64,000 nt of DNA from the NCBI GenBank assembly GCA_963664815.2, contig CAXXHB010000003.1, forward strand, positions 3,360,001 to 3,424,000, read 5' to 3'. A model generated the notes under the pieces. That model searched no databases and had not been told where the DNA came from. It saw only the letters and a program-made list of their open reading frames with translations. Positions 1 to 8,574 of this stretch are shown here, piece after piece. Both the position numbers and the translations under genes were made by a program. Position 1 is the first letter of the stretch. Every line of letters starts with the position of its first letter. The stretch is from Spirochaetota bacterium (lineage in GTDB: Bacteria > Spirochaetota > UBA4802 > UBA5550).

Positions 1-162
1 CATATTGTTGGAAAAGTATTTGAAGCAAGAATTAACCGGTTTTGCCAAAAGCGTATTAGAGAAATTTATGATTACTGTAATACAGTAAGGGAGACAGCTT
101 CTCCGAAAAATATCATGATAATTGATCAAATTGAAGGTATGATCTTTGATGTGATGCTTTAA
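1..162 (+). CDS. 3' end of a hypothetical protein (truncated by window edge)
   Basis: Frame 1 is open from base 1 to TAA at 160-162 (HIVGKVFEARINRFCQKRIREIYDY...DVML*), converging on the CHAT gene. Confidence 0.5.
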   Translation, partial: HIVGKVFEARINRFCQKRIREIYDYCNTVRETASPKNIMIIDQIEGMIFDVML

Positions 163-164
163 CC

Positions 165-3119
165 TTATTCATACAGCACAAATCCGGCCCAGTAATAAGG
201 GTCGGATTTTTTAGTAATAAACTCATCTTTAGTCCTTTTAACAGCTTCACGGTATGAACATTTATCTTTCTGGACTTTACTATACATGCTTACCATAAAT
301 TTCTTTGTGGCTTCATCATCAACTTCCCACAGGGTCACAAGTACACTGTTTGCCCCTGCAACCTGGAATCCCCGTGTTAATCCTGTAATCCCGTCCCCGC
401 TTACAAATTTACCCATTCCTGTATTGCAGGCCGAAAGTACAACTATTTCAGCCTTAATATTGAGAACAGAAGCATCCTCAACTGTAAGATAACCGTCCTC
501 TTCGCTGTCATTGATTAAGCCGGAAACTTCAGAGAACACAAGAGCAGAGTATAATGGATATTCCGGATTAAAGTACCCGTGACATGAAAAGTGTATAGAT
601 TTATAATCAAGCAGTCTACCTTCAGCAGAAAGCTGCTTTAACTTCTTCTCTGTAACATCATGACCTGTGTATATATCGACACCGGAATTATTGAATATTT
701 CTTTACCTATCTGTATTACTTCATCACCGGTTCCTGAAATATTATTCCATTTAAAACCGCACTCACTGAAATATTCAGAAGGCTTATTGAAACACCTCTC
801 AGCAATTCGTTTATTATCTTCCTGTGGTAATAAATGATTACGGTATCTCCCTTTTGTCTCACCCTTTTTATCATCTTTGTCAGAATAAATGCCTCCGCCA
901 AATGCCAGAAATTTCTTATCAATTGTGTAGTTACGATCGCGGATCATCACTGATACGGAAATAGATGGTGTGAAAGTGATTAACTTTTTATTAAGATAAT
1001 TACCATCTGCATCGCGAAGAGCATCAAAGGGTAGAAATGCCAGTGGACCGTCAGGAACGATTATCAGGTGGTTTTTATTTTTGATGTATTGCTGTACGGG
1101 ATTGATTAATGTATTGTAAAGATCTATTGAAAGCTTCTTAACAGTAAGTTCACTATAATCATAGCATGTGGTAATATCACTTGGATTGCATTTAGTAATC
1201 TCTTTTCTGAAATCATCAATTTTATCAGAATATAGATACTCCTTATCCAGCTCTATAACTTCTGTATCTTCCGCAGAGATTATAAGTATATACGGATTAA
1301 GATACTCCCCTTTTTGAGGTGGAATAATATATTCAAGTATTATACCATCGGTACCACAGAGTTCTTTTGCCTGTTCAATAGTTGCGATATCCGGATTACG
1401 CAGCTGCCTGTACTTTTCATTCGACATGAGGGAATTATCGAGGGCGATGAAATCGGATTCAGCCTGTGCGAGTTGGGATGATAAATTAGAGAGTCTTTTT
1501 TCATGATAATTTCTTTCTTCATCAGTCATTTCAAATATTGGTAATGATATAATTTTTTGCCTGATGGTTGATAGATGCTCAATATTATCTCGAAGATTCT
1601 GAAATTGCATAATGATGTCATTACTTATACCACAAGCATGAGCTGCTGATTTTATTGATAATCTTTCAGAATAACCCATTGAGCGCATGCGTTCTGAAAT
1701 ATTAAAAAATGTTCGTAAATCCTCAATTTCCTTAAATACGGTTAAAGTGTAATAAAAAGAAATAATATTACGTGTTATAAATAGAATTCCACCGGAAACA
1801 TCTGTTTTACGATTTTTTTCAATAACTTCAACAGCAGTTAGTATTATTGGCAAAGATTTATTGTAATACTTTTTATTAAGGTAGTTTGAACATATAATAT
1901 TTGAAATATTGATTATATCTTGATAAGCTGATGTTTCTTTTATTATTGTAAAGGATTTGTTTAAATATTCTAATCCTTTGTCAGTTGCTTCTATATCAAG
2001 GTATAACAATCCAAGCTGTAAAATAACATTAGCTGTTTCGGGATGATTATTACCGAATACTTTTTTATGTTTTTCTAAAGATTTTAAATAATAGTTTTCA
2101 GCCGTTTCATAGTTTTTCAGATTATAATAAGCACTACCTAAATAGAAATCGCTTCTGGATGTTTCTGGATGATATGCTTCATCCATTATTGTATTTACCT
2201 GTGAGCATAATTCGATTGTTTTATTAAAATCCATTTTTTCACAATATGCAAGACCAAGATTATTATAGATTTTAGATTTTAAATACTTTTTAAAATCCAA
2301 TTTGTTATTATCAATAATTTTGAGAGCTTCAGAATAAAATTCTATAGAATCAGTTATTTTCCCATTTTTATAAAAAGCAGCACCTAAGTTATTATAGCTT
2401 TTCACTAAAGGACTTAAATCTTTATCTGATCTTTTCTTTTTTATAGATAAGGCTTTATAAAAAAAATAAATTGACTGTTCTATGTTTCCTTCATCCTGAT
2501 ATATTGCACCTAATAAATCATAGATCCTATAATGAAGTATGCTATTTGAAATTTTTTTGCACTCAAGTTCTTTCAAAGCTTTCAGACAAAAATCAATAGA
2601 ACGGGATAAATTTGCCTTATTATAATAAACCAATCCTATATAATAATAACACGGTGCTTTTTTACTAATTTCATCATCATGTAAGCAATCTTCACAATGT
2701 AAGATTACATCTTCCCATAGCGATAGCGCTAATGAAATTTGACCAGTTTTATCTGCTTGATCAGCTAAATCTAATTTTTCATCAACCATATCACCATTAA
2801 ACTTTATAAAACTGGGTAAAGGAAAAACGGAATAATCATCATCGTCATAATATAGATATTTTGCTTTAACTTGATCTTTAGTTTCTTTAGTAAACTCAGC
2901 AATTGATTTGCTAAAAAATTTATTCAAAGCATCAGGTATAGGCATATTCGCTTTCTTAAAATGTTCATGTATAACTTTTTCAACAACCAATTTTATTGTC
3001 TCTCTTACTTCTCTATCACCGGATTCTTCAGCGGCTTGTATTATTTTTTTTAATTCATCTGAATCATTAATTTCATCAGATGAATTATGAGGATTATCGG
3101 GAGGATTATTCTGTGTCAT
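165..3119 (-). CDS. TPR-repeat + CHAT (caspase-like, clan CD) protease, cytoplasmic
   Basis: Multiple TPRs (YNNLGAAFY, YNNLGLAY, HPETA); CHAT motifs LIIVPDGPLAFLPFDAL, IHFSCHG (His), VVLSACNTG (Cys), TLWEVDD, PYYWAGFVLY; no signal peptide. Confidence 0.93.
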   Translation of the reverse strand: MTQNNPPDNPHNSSDEINDSDELKKIIQAAEESGDREVRETIKLVVEKVIHEHFKKANMPIPDALNKFFSKSIAEFTKETKDQVKAKYLYYDDDDYSVFPLPSFIKFNGDMVDEKLDLADQADKTGQISLALSLWEDVILHCEDCLHDDEISKKAPCYYYIGLVYYNKANLSRSIDFCLKALKELECKKISNSILHYRIYDLLGAIYQDEGNIEQSIYFFYKALSIKKKRSDKDLSPLVKSYNNLGAAFYKNGKITDSIEFYSEALKIIDNNKLDFKKYLKSKIYNNLGLAYCEKMDFNKTIELCSQVNTIMDEAYHPETSRSDFYLGSAYYNLKNYETAENYYLKSLEKHKKVFGNNHPETANVILQLGLLYLDIEATDKGLEYLNKSFTIIKETSAYQDIINISNIICSNYLNKKYYNKSLPIILTAVEVIEKNRKTDVSGGILFITRNIISFYYTLTVFKEIEDLRTFFNISERMRSMGYSERLSIKSAAHACGISNDIIMQFQNLRDNIEHLSTIRQKIISLPIFEMTDEERNYHEKRLSNLSSQLAQAESDFIALDNSLMSNEKYRQLRNPDIATIEQAKELCGTDGIILEYIIPPQKGEYLNPYILIISAEDTEVIELDKEYLYSDKIDDFRKEITKCNPSDITTCYDYSELTVKKLSIDLYNTLINPVQQYIKNKNHLIIVPDGPLAFLPFDALRDADGNYLNKKLITFTPSISVSVMIRDRNYTIDKKFLAFGGGIYSDKDDKKGETKGRYRNHLLPQEDNKRIAERCFNKPSEYFSECGFKWNNISGTGDEVIQIGKEIFNNSGVDIYTGHDVTEKKLKQLSAEGRLLDYKSIHFSCHGYFNPEYPLYSALVFSEVSGLINDSEEDGYLTVEDASVLNIKAEIVVLSACNTGMGKFVSGDGITGLTRGFQVAGANSVLVTLWEVDDEATKKFMVSMYSKVQKDKCSYREAVKRTKDEFITKKSDPYYWAGFVLYE

Positions 3120-3143
3120 TGAAGCGTATTAATCTTAAAGAAG

Positions 3144-3854
3144 TTAATTCAATGAAATAGCCCGGAAATATTCACCATCTGCAGAAAGAATATACTCCCC
3201 TTTATCCGGTACCTTGAATTCAATAGAACCATTGACCGGATTACCCGATTGAGCATAACCGTTGCCAGTTATAAAGAATTCTTTCAACTGGTCATCACAT
3301 TGTATAATAATTTTAATCGATTCATCTTCATGTTTTATAATACAATTATATTCTTTATCCCCTGCGGCAAATTTAAATGGAATTTCTTTATAAGTTTTAT
3401 CCTTGGCAACACCACCTTTTGTAGTTCCTGCCGCAACACCGATCAACCCTTCTGGTGATGATAAAAGATTTATTATTTTTAATGTATTAACCAGGTCTTC
3501 CTTAACCGATGCAAGAACACCCTGTACACCCTTTTCAGTGGATTCAATTATCTCTTTAATGGATGGTTTAGAAGCAACAAGCTCCTTCAGTCGAGCAAAT
3601 GCGGCTTTACTCTTTCTGTTTTTTTCAGCTATCTCTGCAACCAGTGGAGCAAATCTCTCTGCTGCTTTCTTTGCAAATTCAGCACCCTCTTCACTTTCGA
3701 ACCAGGGGATATCTTCGATCTTATGTTCTTTCAAGTATTTGTCGAGTTTTTCATAATCATCACTATACATTTCGGCAGCGGACTCACCAAAATATTTTAC
3801 TATTACAAGATCAGCAGAAGTCAGTTTATTTTTATTAGTCATTGGTTTCTCCAT
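3144..3854 (-). CDS. Hypothetical soluble protein, putative anti-sigma / CHAT substrate
   Basis: Lies between sigma and CHAT genes with short gaps; helical N-terminus, beta-rich C-terminus, no TM segment; function inferred from context. Confidence 0.6.
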   Translation of the reverse strand: MEKPMTNKNKLTSADLVIVKYFGESAAEMYSDDYEKLDKYLKEHKIEDIPWFESEEGAEFAKKAAERFAPLVAEIAEKNRKSKAAFARLKELVASKPSIKEIIESTEKGVQGVLASVKEDLVNTLKIINLLSSPEGLIGVAAGTTKGGVAKDKTYKEIPFKFAAGDKEYNCIIKHEDESIKIIIQCDDQLKEFFITGNGYAQSGNPVNGSIEFKVPDKGEYILSADGEYFRAISLN

Positions 3855-3862
3855 AATTTATC

Positions 3863-4477
3863 TTACACAAGATCTTCTTTTTTAATACCTTTATTCTCAA
3901 GACAGGCTTTAACTAATTTTTTGCCTAAGCTGCGGCCGTCTTTTACAAGTTCTGTTTCAACATTTAATTGCTGGGCAATAATTGCCGGACGGACACCACG
4001 CATTATTTCTGCCATAATATATGAAAGATCTATATTGTTATCTTTTGGCAAACGCTCAATACAATCTATCAACGATTCTTTGAGTTCTGCTTCGGGATGG
4101 TTGCCGTTTGTTTTCTCCAAAGCATCATGTACTTCTTTTTCGTTTTCATCTTTTATTTCATCAGAATTATGCAAAGGTTCATTTTTATTAATATGTTTTC
4201 GTAACTCGCTTCTTAAAACAAGATATAAATAGTTTACAGCCTGGCCTTCATGTTCCCCTGTAAAATTGGTTCTAAGCATTTTGAGAAAAACTTCTATTGT
4301 ACTGAAGATAACATCGTCAATGTCGTCCGGATTAAAATAAGTAATATCAAACTCTCTTAAAGATTTTATCAATTTTGCCTTTAATAAACCGTAAGATTTA
4401 TTATAAAACTTTTCACCTGCTTTTCTATCAGGATTTTCACCGTTACGCAATTTTAAACAGTATTGAATAATCTCCAT
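3863..4477 (-). CDS. Divergent ECF-type RNA polymerase sigma factor
   Basis: Region 2-like DDIDDVIFS..FTGEHEGQAVNYLYLVLR; region 4-like LIDCIERLP..RGVRPAIIAQQLNV..VK..KKLVKACL; start at 4477 has GGGGA RBS (ORF track start 4507 is the alternative). Confidence 0.75.
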   Translation of the reverse strand: MEIIQYCLKLRNGENPDRKAGEKFYNKSYGLLKAKLIKSLREFDITYFNPDDIDDVIFSTIEVFLKMLRTNFTGEHEGQAVNYLYLVLRSELRKHINKNEPLHNSDEIKDENEKEVHDALEKTNGNHPEAELKESLIDCIERLPKDNNIDLSYIMAEIMRGVRPAIIAQQLNVETELVKDGRSLGKKLVKACLENKGIKKEDLV

Positions 4478-4508
4478 TGACTTATCCCCATATTTTAATT
4501 TCTCCATT

Positions 4509-4536
4509 AAAATAGATAATATTCAATAAAAGTCAA
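4509..4536 (-). promoter_or_regulatory. Putative sigma70 promoter of the sigma/anti-sigma/CHAT operon
   Basis: Minus strand TTGACT-N16-TATTTT upstream of the 4477 start. Confidence 0.4.
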
Positions 4537-4594
4537 GGCTTTAACTTCCTCTCTCTTGTTATTTTGGAAAACAGAAAAGTAAATTTAAAAAATC

Positions 4595-4621
4595 TGATAT
4601 TAATATCCTCTTCCAGCTCTC
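4595..4621 (+). promoter_or_regulatory. Conserved motif copy 1 (TGATATTAAT-N11-GCTCTC), putative ECF promoter
   Basis: Same bipartite motif at 4809-4836 and 5158-5185; RBS AGGAGG and ATG 4647 follow. Confidence 0.65.
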
Positions 4622-4646
4622 CTCAATTAAAGAAAAGGAGGATACC

Positions 4647-4802
4647 ATGGAAAACTTAATCAGAAACTTCACTACGAAAAAAGTAGAACGTGCAGACATT
4701 ATTCTCGCACAACTTGCCGAAATATACTCTGCAGTCGATTCATGCAATCTATCAAACGGTAAAATTATCTGCCGCAGGCTCGAAATAATAAAAAAATTAT
4801 AA
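4647..4802 (+). CDS. Small 51-aa protein (not in ORF track), paralogue of the C-terminus of 4864-5160
   Basis: AGGAGG RBS; MENLIRNFTTKKVERADIILAQLAEIYSAVDSCNLSNGKIICRRLEIIKKL*. Confidence 0.65.
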   Translation: MENLIRNFTTKKVERADIILAQLAEIYSAVDSCNLSNGKIICRRLEIIKKL

Positions 4803-4808
4803 TTTCGG

Positions 4809-4836
4809 TGATATTAATCCGGGGCAAAACGCTCTC
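4809..4836 (+). promoter_or_regulatory. Conserved motif copy 2 (TGATATTAAT-N12-GCTCTC)
   Basis: Exact match of both half-sites; ATG at 4864. Confidence 0.65.
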
Positions 4837-4863
4837 TTCTAATAAAAGGAAAAGAAGAATAAT

Positions 4864-5160
4864 ATGAAAAAGTTAATCTATTCTTTTGAAGGTAACGATC
4901 TAAGACATTATGCCGGTGTGGCCAAACAATACGATTTTCTTGATGAAAGGTCAAGGCATTTTCTCTATAACATAGGTTCTCTTCTTTATCTCAAGGAGAA
5001 TGGAGAATCAATTAATTTATCAAATAAACAGGAAAACTGGACAGATTCACTTCTTACTCAACTCACCTCGGAATTTTCAATAGTCGATAGCTGCTGTCTT
5101 TCAAAAAGCAAGGCTCACTGCAGCAGATGCGAAAAATTAAAAAATATTTCAGCGTTGTGA
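4864..5160 (+). CDS. Hypothetical 98-aa protein with Cys-rich C-terminus
   Basis: ORF with purine-rich RBS; similar to both neighbours. Confidence 0.7.
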   Translation: MKKLIYSFEGNDLRHYAGVAKQYDFLDERSRHFLYNIGSLLYLKENGESINLSNKQENWTDSLLTQLTSEFSIVDSCCLSKSKAHCSRCEKLKNISAL

Positions 5161-5185
5161 TATTAATTCGCGATTAATTGCTCTC
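5158..5185 (+). promoter_or_regulatory. Conserved motif copy 3 (TGATATTAAT-N12-GCTCTC)
   Basis: Exact match of both half-sites; GAGGAGG RBS and ATG 5209 follow. Confidence 0.65.
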
Positions 5186-5208
5186 TTAAAAGTAAAGAGG
5201 AGGATGAC

Positions 5209-5544
5209 ATGATAAACAACTTCAACAGCATCAACCGTAAACCCCGGTTTGCTTTTGCTTTAGCAAAAAAATACAATCGCCTAAGCAATGGGGCAGGCTG
5301 CCTGCTTTATGACAGAGTAAAGTATCTTCATGAAGATCTGAAGAACCAGCCTCTCATCTTTAAAGAAATACATCTCAACGCGGCAGCAAAGCTTGACCTT
5401 ATCAGTGAAAGCGAAGGGTTCCTTATCTTTTACAGTGCGATGTTTATGTATGAGGAAGATAAATATCATCCAGTGTTCAGGCCATTGCCTTTAAACGGGA
5501 GAAGATCCTTTATGCTCGACCCTGATTATTTCAATCAGAAATGA
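5209..5544 (+). CDS. Hypothetical 111-aa protein
   Basis: Strong RBS; N-terminal AKKYNRL..LLY resembles AKQYDFL..FLY of 4864-5160. Confidence 0.7.
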   Translation: MINNFNSINRKPRFAFALAKKYNRLSNGAGCLLYDRVKYLHEDLKNQPLIFKEIHLNAAAKLDLISESEGFLIFYSAMFMYEEDKYHPVFRPLPLNGRRSFMLDPDYFNQK

Positions 5545-5572
5545 CACCATAAAATTATAAGGAGGCAGGTAT

Positions 5573-5884
5573 ATGAAGCATAATTCAAAATCCGGTCTTT
5601 ATTCAATACACGGTTTTGAAAGATCGATTGAGCGTGAGATAAGCGATAATGAGATACACTTTGTATTGAGGTATGGTGAAGTATATGAAACCAGATGCGG
5701 ACGCCTGGCGTTCTGGTTTAACAAAGATTCTGCTGACAGGTGCCCGCTGCCATGGTCAGCTAAAAAGAATGCATTTTATGTTGCAGTGATACAGGCCTCA
5801 GACGGCGTTGTAGTTACTACAATGTTCACCCCTGTTAAAAAGCAGGAGTGGCAATCACCTTCAGATTTATACAGGATAGCATAA
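5573..5884 (+). CDS. DUF4258-like (RelE/BrnT-fold) putative toxin
   Basis: Motif SIHGFERSIEREISDNEIHFVLRYG and C-terminal VVVTT strand; AGGAGG RBS. Confidence 0.65.
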   Translation: MKHNSKSGLYSIHGFERSIEREISDNEIHFVLRYGEVYETRCGRLAFWFNKDSADRCPLPWSAKKNAFYVAVIQASDGVVVTTMFTPVKKQEWQSPSDLYRIA

Positions 5885-6174
5885 TGCAGATAAATAATAA
5901 ATCGATAAAAGCAGATAGCAATTCCATTGATGATGACGGCTACTCACCTTCGGAGAAGCTTGATCACATCGCAGGTGTTTTTCATGAGCAGATTGATGAT
6001 ATAGTCATGCAGTTAAATCAGAATATGATGGTTGATGAAGACCTTTTACCCTTCAACCTGCTCAGGAGGGTCATACTTATGACAATCAATGTTTATGGAT
6101 TTGAAGATGTAAATATTGCAATAGATACGTTTCTCGAAGAGGCTCTCTCTTACGCAGAGCAGACAATACAATAA
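5884..6174 (+). CDS. Acidic hypothetical protein (possible antitoxin)
   Basis: ATG overlaps TAA of the preceding gene (TAATG); D/E-rich and helical. Confidence 0.6.
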   Translation: MQINNKSIKADSNSIDDDGYSPSEKLDHIAGVFHEQIDDIVMQLNQNMMVDEDLLPFNLLRRVILMTINVYGFEDVNIAIDTFLEEALSYAEQTIQ

Positions 6175-6187
6175 CAGGAGTTAAAGC

Positions 6188-6955
6188 ATGAGTAAAAAAG
6201 ACGAAATTTACACAGGCGAAACAAAAAAAGGTAAACGCAATGGCTTCGGCAGGTGTGATTATGCCGACGGCTCATGGTATGCCGGAGAGTGGAAGAATGG
6301 TAAAAAACATGGTCAGGGTTGTGAGATAAACAAAAGCGGCATAAGCTATATGGGAAGATATACTGATGGCGAGTACGACAGCTTCGGCACGCTTTTCCCT
6401 GTTCCGGGGAATAAAGATCAGGTACTTACATCCGGTCAATTCAGTAAAGAAGCTTTTAATGGTATAGGCCTGGTCTTAAACGAGCATGGCGGGCCGTCAT
6501 ACGCAGGACAGCTTATAGAATCAGGAATGTCAGGAATCGGGTGCTGGTATCATCCGAACGGAACTGTCATAGCTGGTGAAAATAAAGACACAAAAAGCAC
6601 TGCTGTTTCCCTCGAAATATATGCCGATGGTTCGCACAGCCTGCGTCATTATCTCAACGGCATATTGCATGGCGATGTAATTAACTGGTCCCCTGACGGC
6701 ACAAGGACAGTCTGTAAGTTTGCCGAAGGTGAGCAACAGGGACCGTGCGAGATATTCAAGCACGACGGTACAATAATTGTCGCATTGTCAGACCATAAAG
6801 GTTTTCAGGGAGAGGTCATGTTTATTTACAGCGACGGTTACAACGTGAAAAAGAACTATAAAGACGACAGGCCCTTCGGTGATGTTATTGTTACCGGACC
6901 TGATGGCACTTCGGTTACAATCAGTCAGAAAGAGGCAAAAAGGAGGGGAATATGA
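6188..6955 (+). CDS. MORN-repeat protein
   Basis: YTGETKKGKRNGFG, YAGEWKNGKKHGQG and related repeats. Confidence 0.85.
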   Translation: MSKKDEIYTGETKKGKRNGFGRCDYADGSWYAGEWKNGKKHGQGCEINKSGISYMGRYTDGEYDSFGTLFPVPGNKDQVLTSGQFSKEAFNGIGLVLNEHGGPSYAGQLIESGMSGIGCWYHPNGTVIAGENKDTKSTAVSLEIYADGSHSLRHYLNGILHGDVINWSPDGTRTVCKFAEGEQQGPCEIFKHDGTIIVALSDHKGFQGEVMFIYSDGYNVKKNYKDDRPFGDVIVTGPDGTSVTISQKEAKRRGI

Positions 6956-8373
6956 ACCTTATTCAGAAACTTATAAGAAAAAAGCCAGAAAAGTGGTACA
7001 ACAGGGAGAATATACCTGCAATTGAAAATGCGCTGAACACTGCAATTGACAGGTATTACGATCTTGACTTCCATTTCAGAAATCCCCTGACGCCAATGAG
7101 TGAACACTTCCTGGGCTGCGGATACTACGATTTCTATGTTCTTGGAGCGACTTTCCCAAAAGAAGTGGATATATTTCTGGCCCGTATTTTTGAAAAGATA
7201 ATTAAGAAGAATTACACGCCATGCAATGAAGAGATCATGAAATATCTGAAAGGTAAAATAGGTCAAACCGGTTTTACAAAAACGTTCTCTGATTACATTA
7301 ACAAGATGATCGGGTTTAACTATAAGTGTTTCAGTTCAGATCAGGGTGAACTGACTGATTATATCGGTTCAGGTAATTTTTTTATAAAGAACAGCAGGGG
7401 AGATAAAATTGTAATCTCGATCATGAATAATCAAATCCCTGATAATCAGAACAGGGGTGGTGTGCTGAATATAAATCTTACAGCTAACAGCTCGGTAGAA
7501 GGTGCACGCGAGGCATGCTGCGAGTTTATAGATCTTGTAAACAGGGAGCTTGGTACAGAGATACAAGGGAGCCAATATGCCATGGGCGCAAGAGGCTATC
7601 CTGTTCGTGTCGGTTTCCAGTCCTGGGATGATATTAAAATACCCGAAGAACTGAAAAAAATGTTAAGATTCCATATTACAGATTTTATTTCTCATATCGA
7701 CAGATTTAAAGATGCAGGAATAAGACCCTCAAGAGGGATTATAATTTCCGGATCTCCCGGAACCGGCAAAACAATGCTCGGCAGAGTGTTATGCTCAAAT
7801 ATCAATATACCCTTTTTCTATGCCGTTGCCGGAGATTTCCAGCAGACGTTCGGCGGCCCGAAGATTGAAGAGTTGTATAATACAGCTTCTATTTATGCTC
7901 CTTCAATTGTATTTATTGAAGATGCGGACATATTTCTTCAGAAACGGCTCTTCAATAATAACAGCGGTACACTGACAGATTTTTTAAATATTATCGACGG
8001 TTTAAAAGAAAATAAGGGTGTGATAACAATCCTCACATGCAACAATCCAGAACTTATCGATGAGGCAGTAAAAAACAGACCGAAACGTTTCGATGTAATC
8101 ATCGAATTTCCCAACCCTGCACTTGAACAAAGAGTAGATATTCTCATGTCAAAACTTGAAAAACATATAGAAAGTACAGATGTTTTACATCTTGTGGATG
8201 CCGCTGTTAAGATGGAGGGGTTTTCCGGAGCCCATCTTGCAGAGTTTGCAGAGCGGCTTATCATGTCAAAGATATATGCGGATAAACCGTTTATAGATTG
8301 GGAGATCATATTCACAGAGCTTGAAAGTTTCGGATTCAGGAAACCTACAGCGCAACAGATCGGTATCAGGTAA
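6952..8373 (+). CDS. AAA+ ATPase (single AAA module, uncharacterised N-terminal domain)
   Basis: Walker A GSPGTGKT, Walker B IVFIEDAD, SRH TCNNPELIDEAVKNRPKRFD. Confidence 0.9.
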   Translation: MNLIQKLIRKKPEKWYNRENIPAIENALNTAIDRYYDLDFHFRNPLTPMSEHFLGCGYYDFYVLGATFPKEVDIFLARIFEKIIKKNYTPCNEEIMKYLKGKIGQTGFTKTFSDYINKMIGFNYKCFSSDQGELTDYIGSGNFFIKNSRGDKIVISIMNNQIPDNQNRGGVLNINLTANSSVEGAREACCEFIDLVNRELGTEIQGSQYAMGARGYPVRVGFQSWDDIKIPEELKKMLRFHITDFISHIDRFKDAGIRPSRGIIISGSPGTGKTMLGRVLCSNINIPFFYAVAGDFQQTFGGPKIEELYNTASIYAPSIVFIEDADIFLQKRLFNNNSGTLTDFLNIIDGLKENKGVITILTCNNPELIDEAVKNRPKRFDVIIEFPNPALEQRVDILMSKLEKHIESTDVLHLVDAAVKMEGFSGAHLAEFAERLIMSKIYADKPFIDWEIIFTELESFGFRKPTAQQIGIR

Positions 8374-8395
8374 AAAATAAAATGAGGATAATATT

Positions 8396-8563
8396 ATGAA
8401 TAAAAATAAAATGATATGCAGCAAATGCGGTGATAAATGCGGTACACATGCTTTCGCATACTTTTGTCCTGAATGCGGCAAACAGTTGTGCGGTTCATGC
8501 CATACAAATGCATTTTGTACCGACTGTTGGCCAGTCGGTGTAAAAATGATCAAAGTAAGCTAA
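8396..8563 (+). CDS. 55-aa zinc-finger peptide with four CxxC motifs (not in ORF track)
   Basis: GAGGA RBS; MNKNKMICSKCGDKCGTHAFAYFCPECGKQLCGSCHTNAFCTDCWPVGVKMIKVS*; fills the gap between the ATPase genes. Confidence 0.75.
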   Translation: MNKNKMICSKCGDKCGTHAFAYFCPECGKQLCGSCHTNAFCTDCWPVGVKMIKVS

Positions 8564-8574
8564 AGGAGGATTGG

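Noticed and set aside
4595-5185. Triple motif read as CRISPR repeats or integron attC sites
   Set aside because: Spacing is irregular (214 and 349 bp), the motif is bipartite and sits directly before RBSs, and there are no attC inverted cores
8473-8574. N-terminal extension of the second AAA ATPase in the ORF track
   Set aside because: Overlaps the CxxC peptide gene; strong RBS and paralogue alignment support a start at 8575
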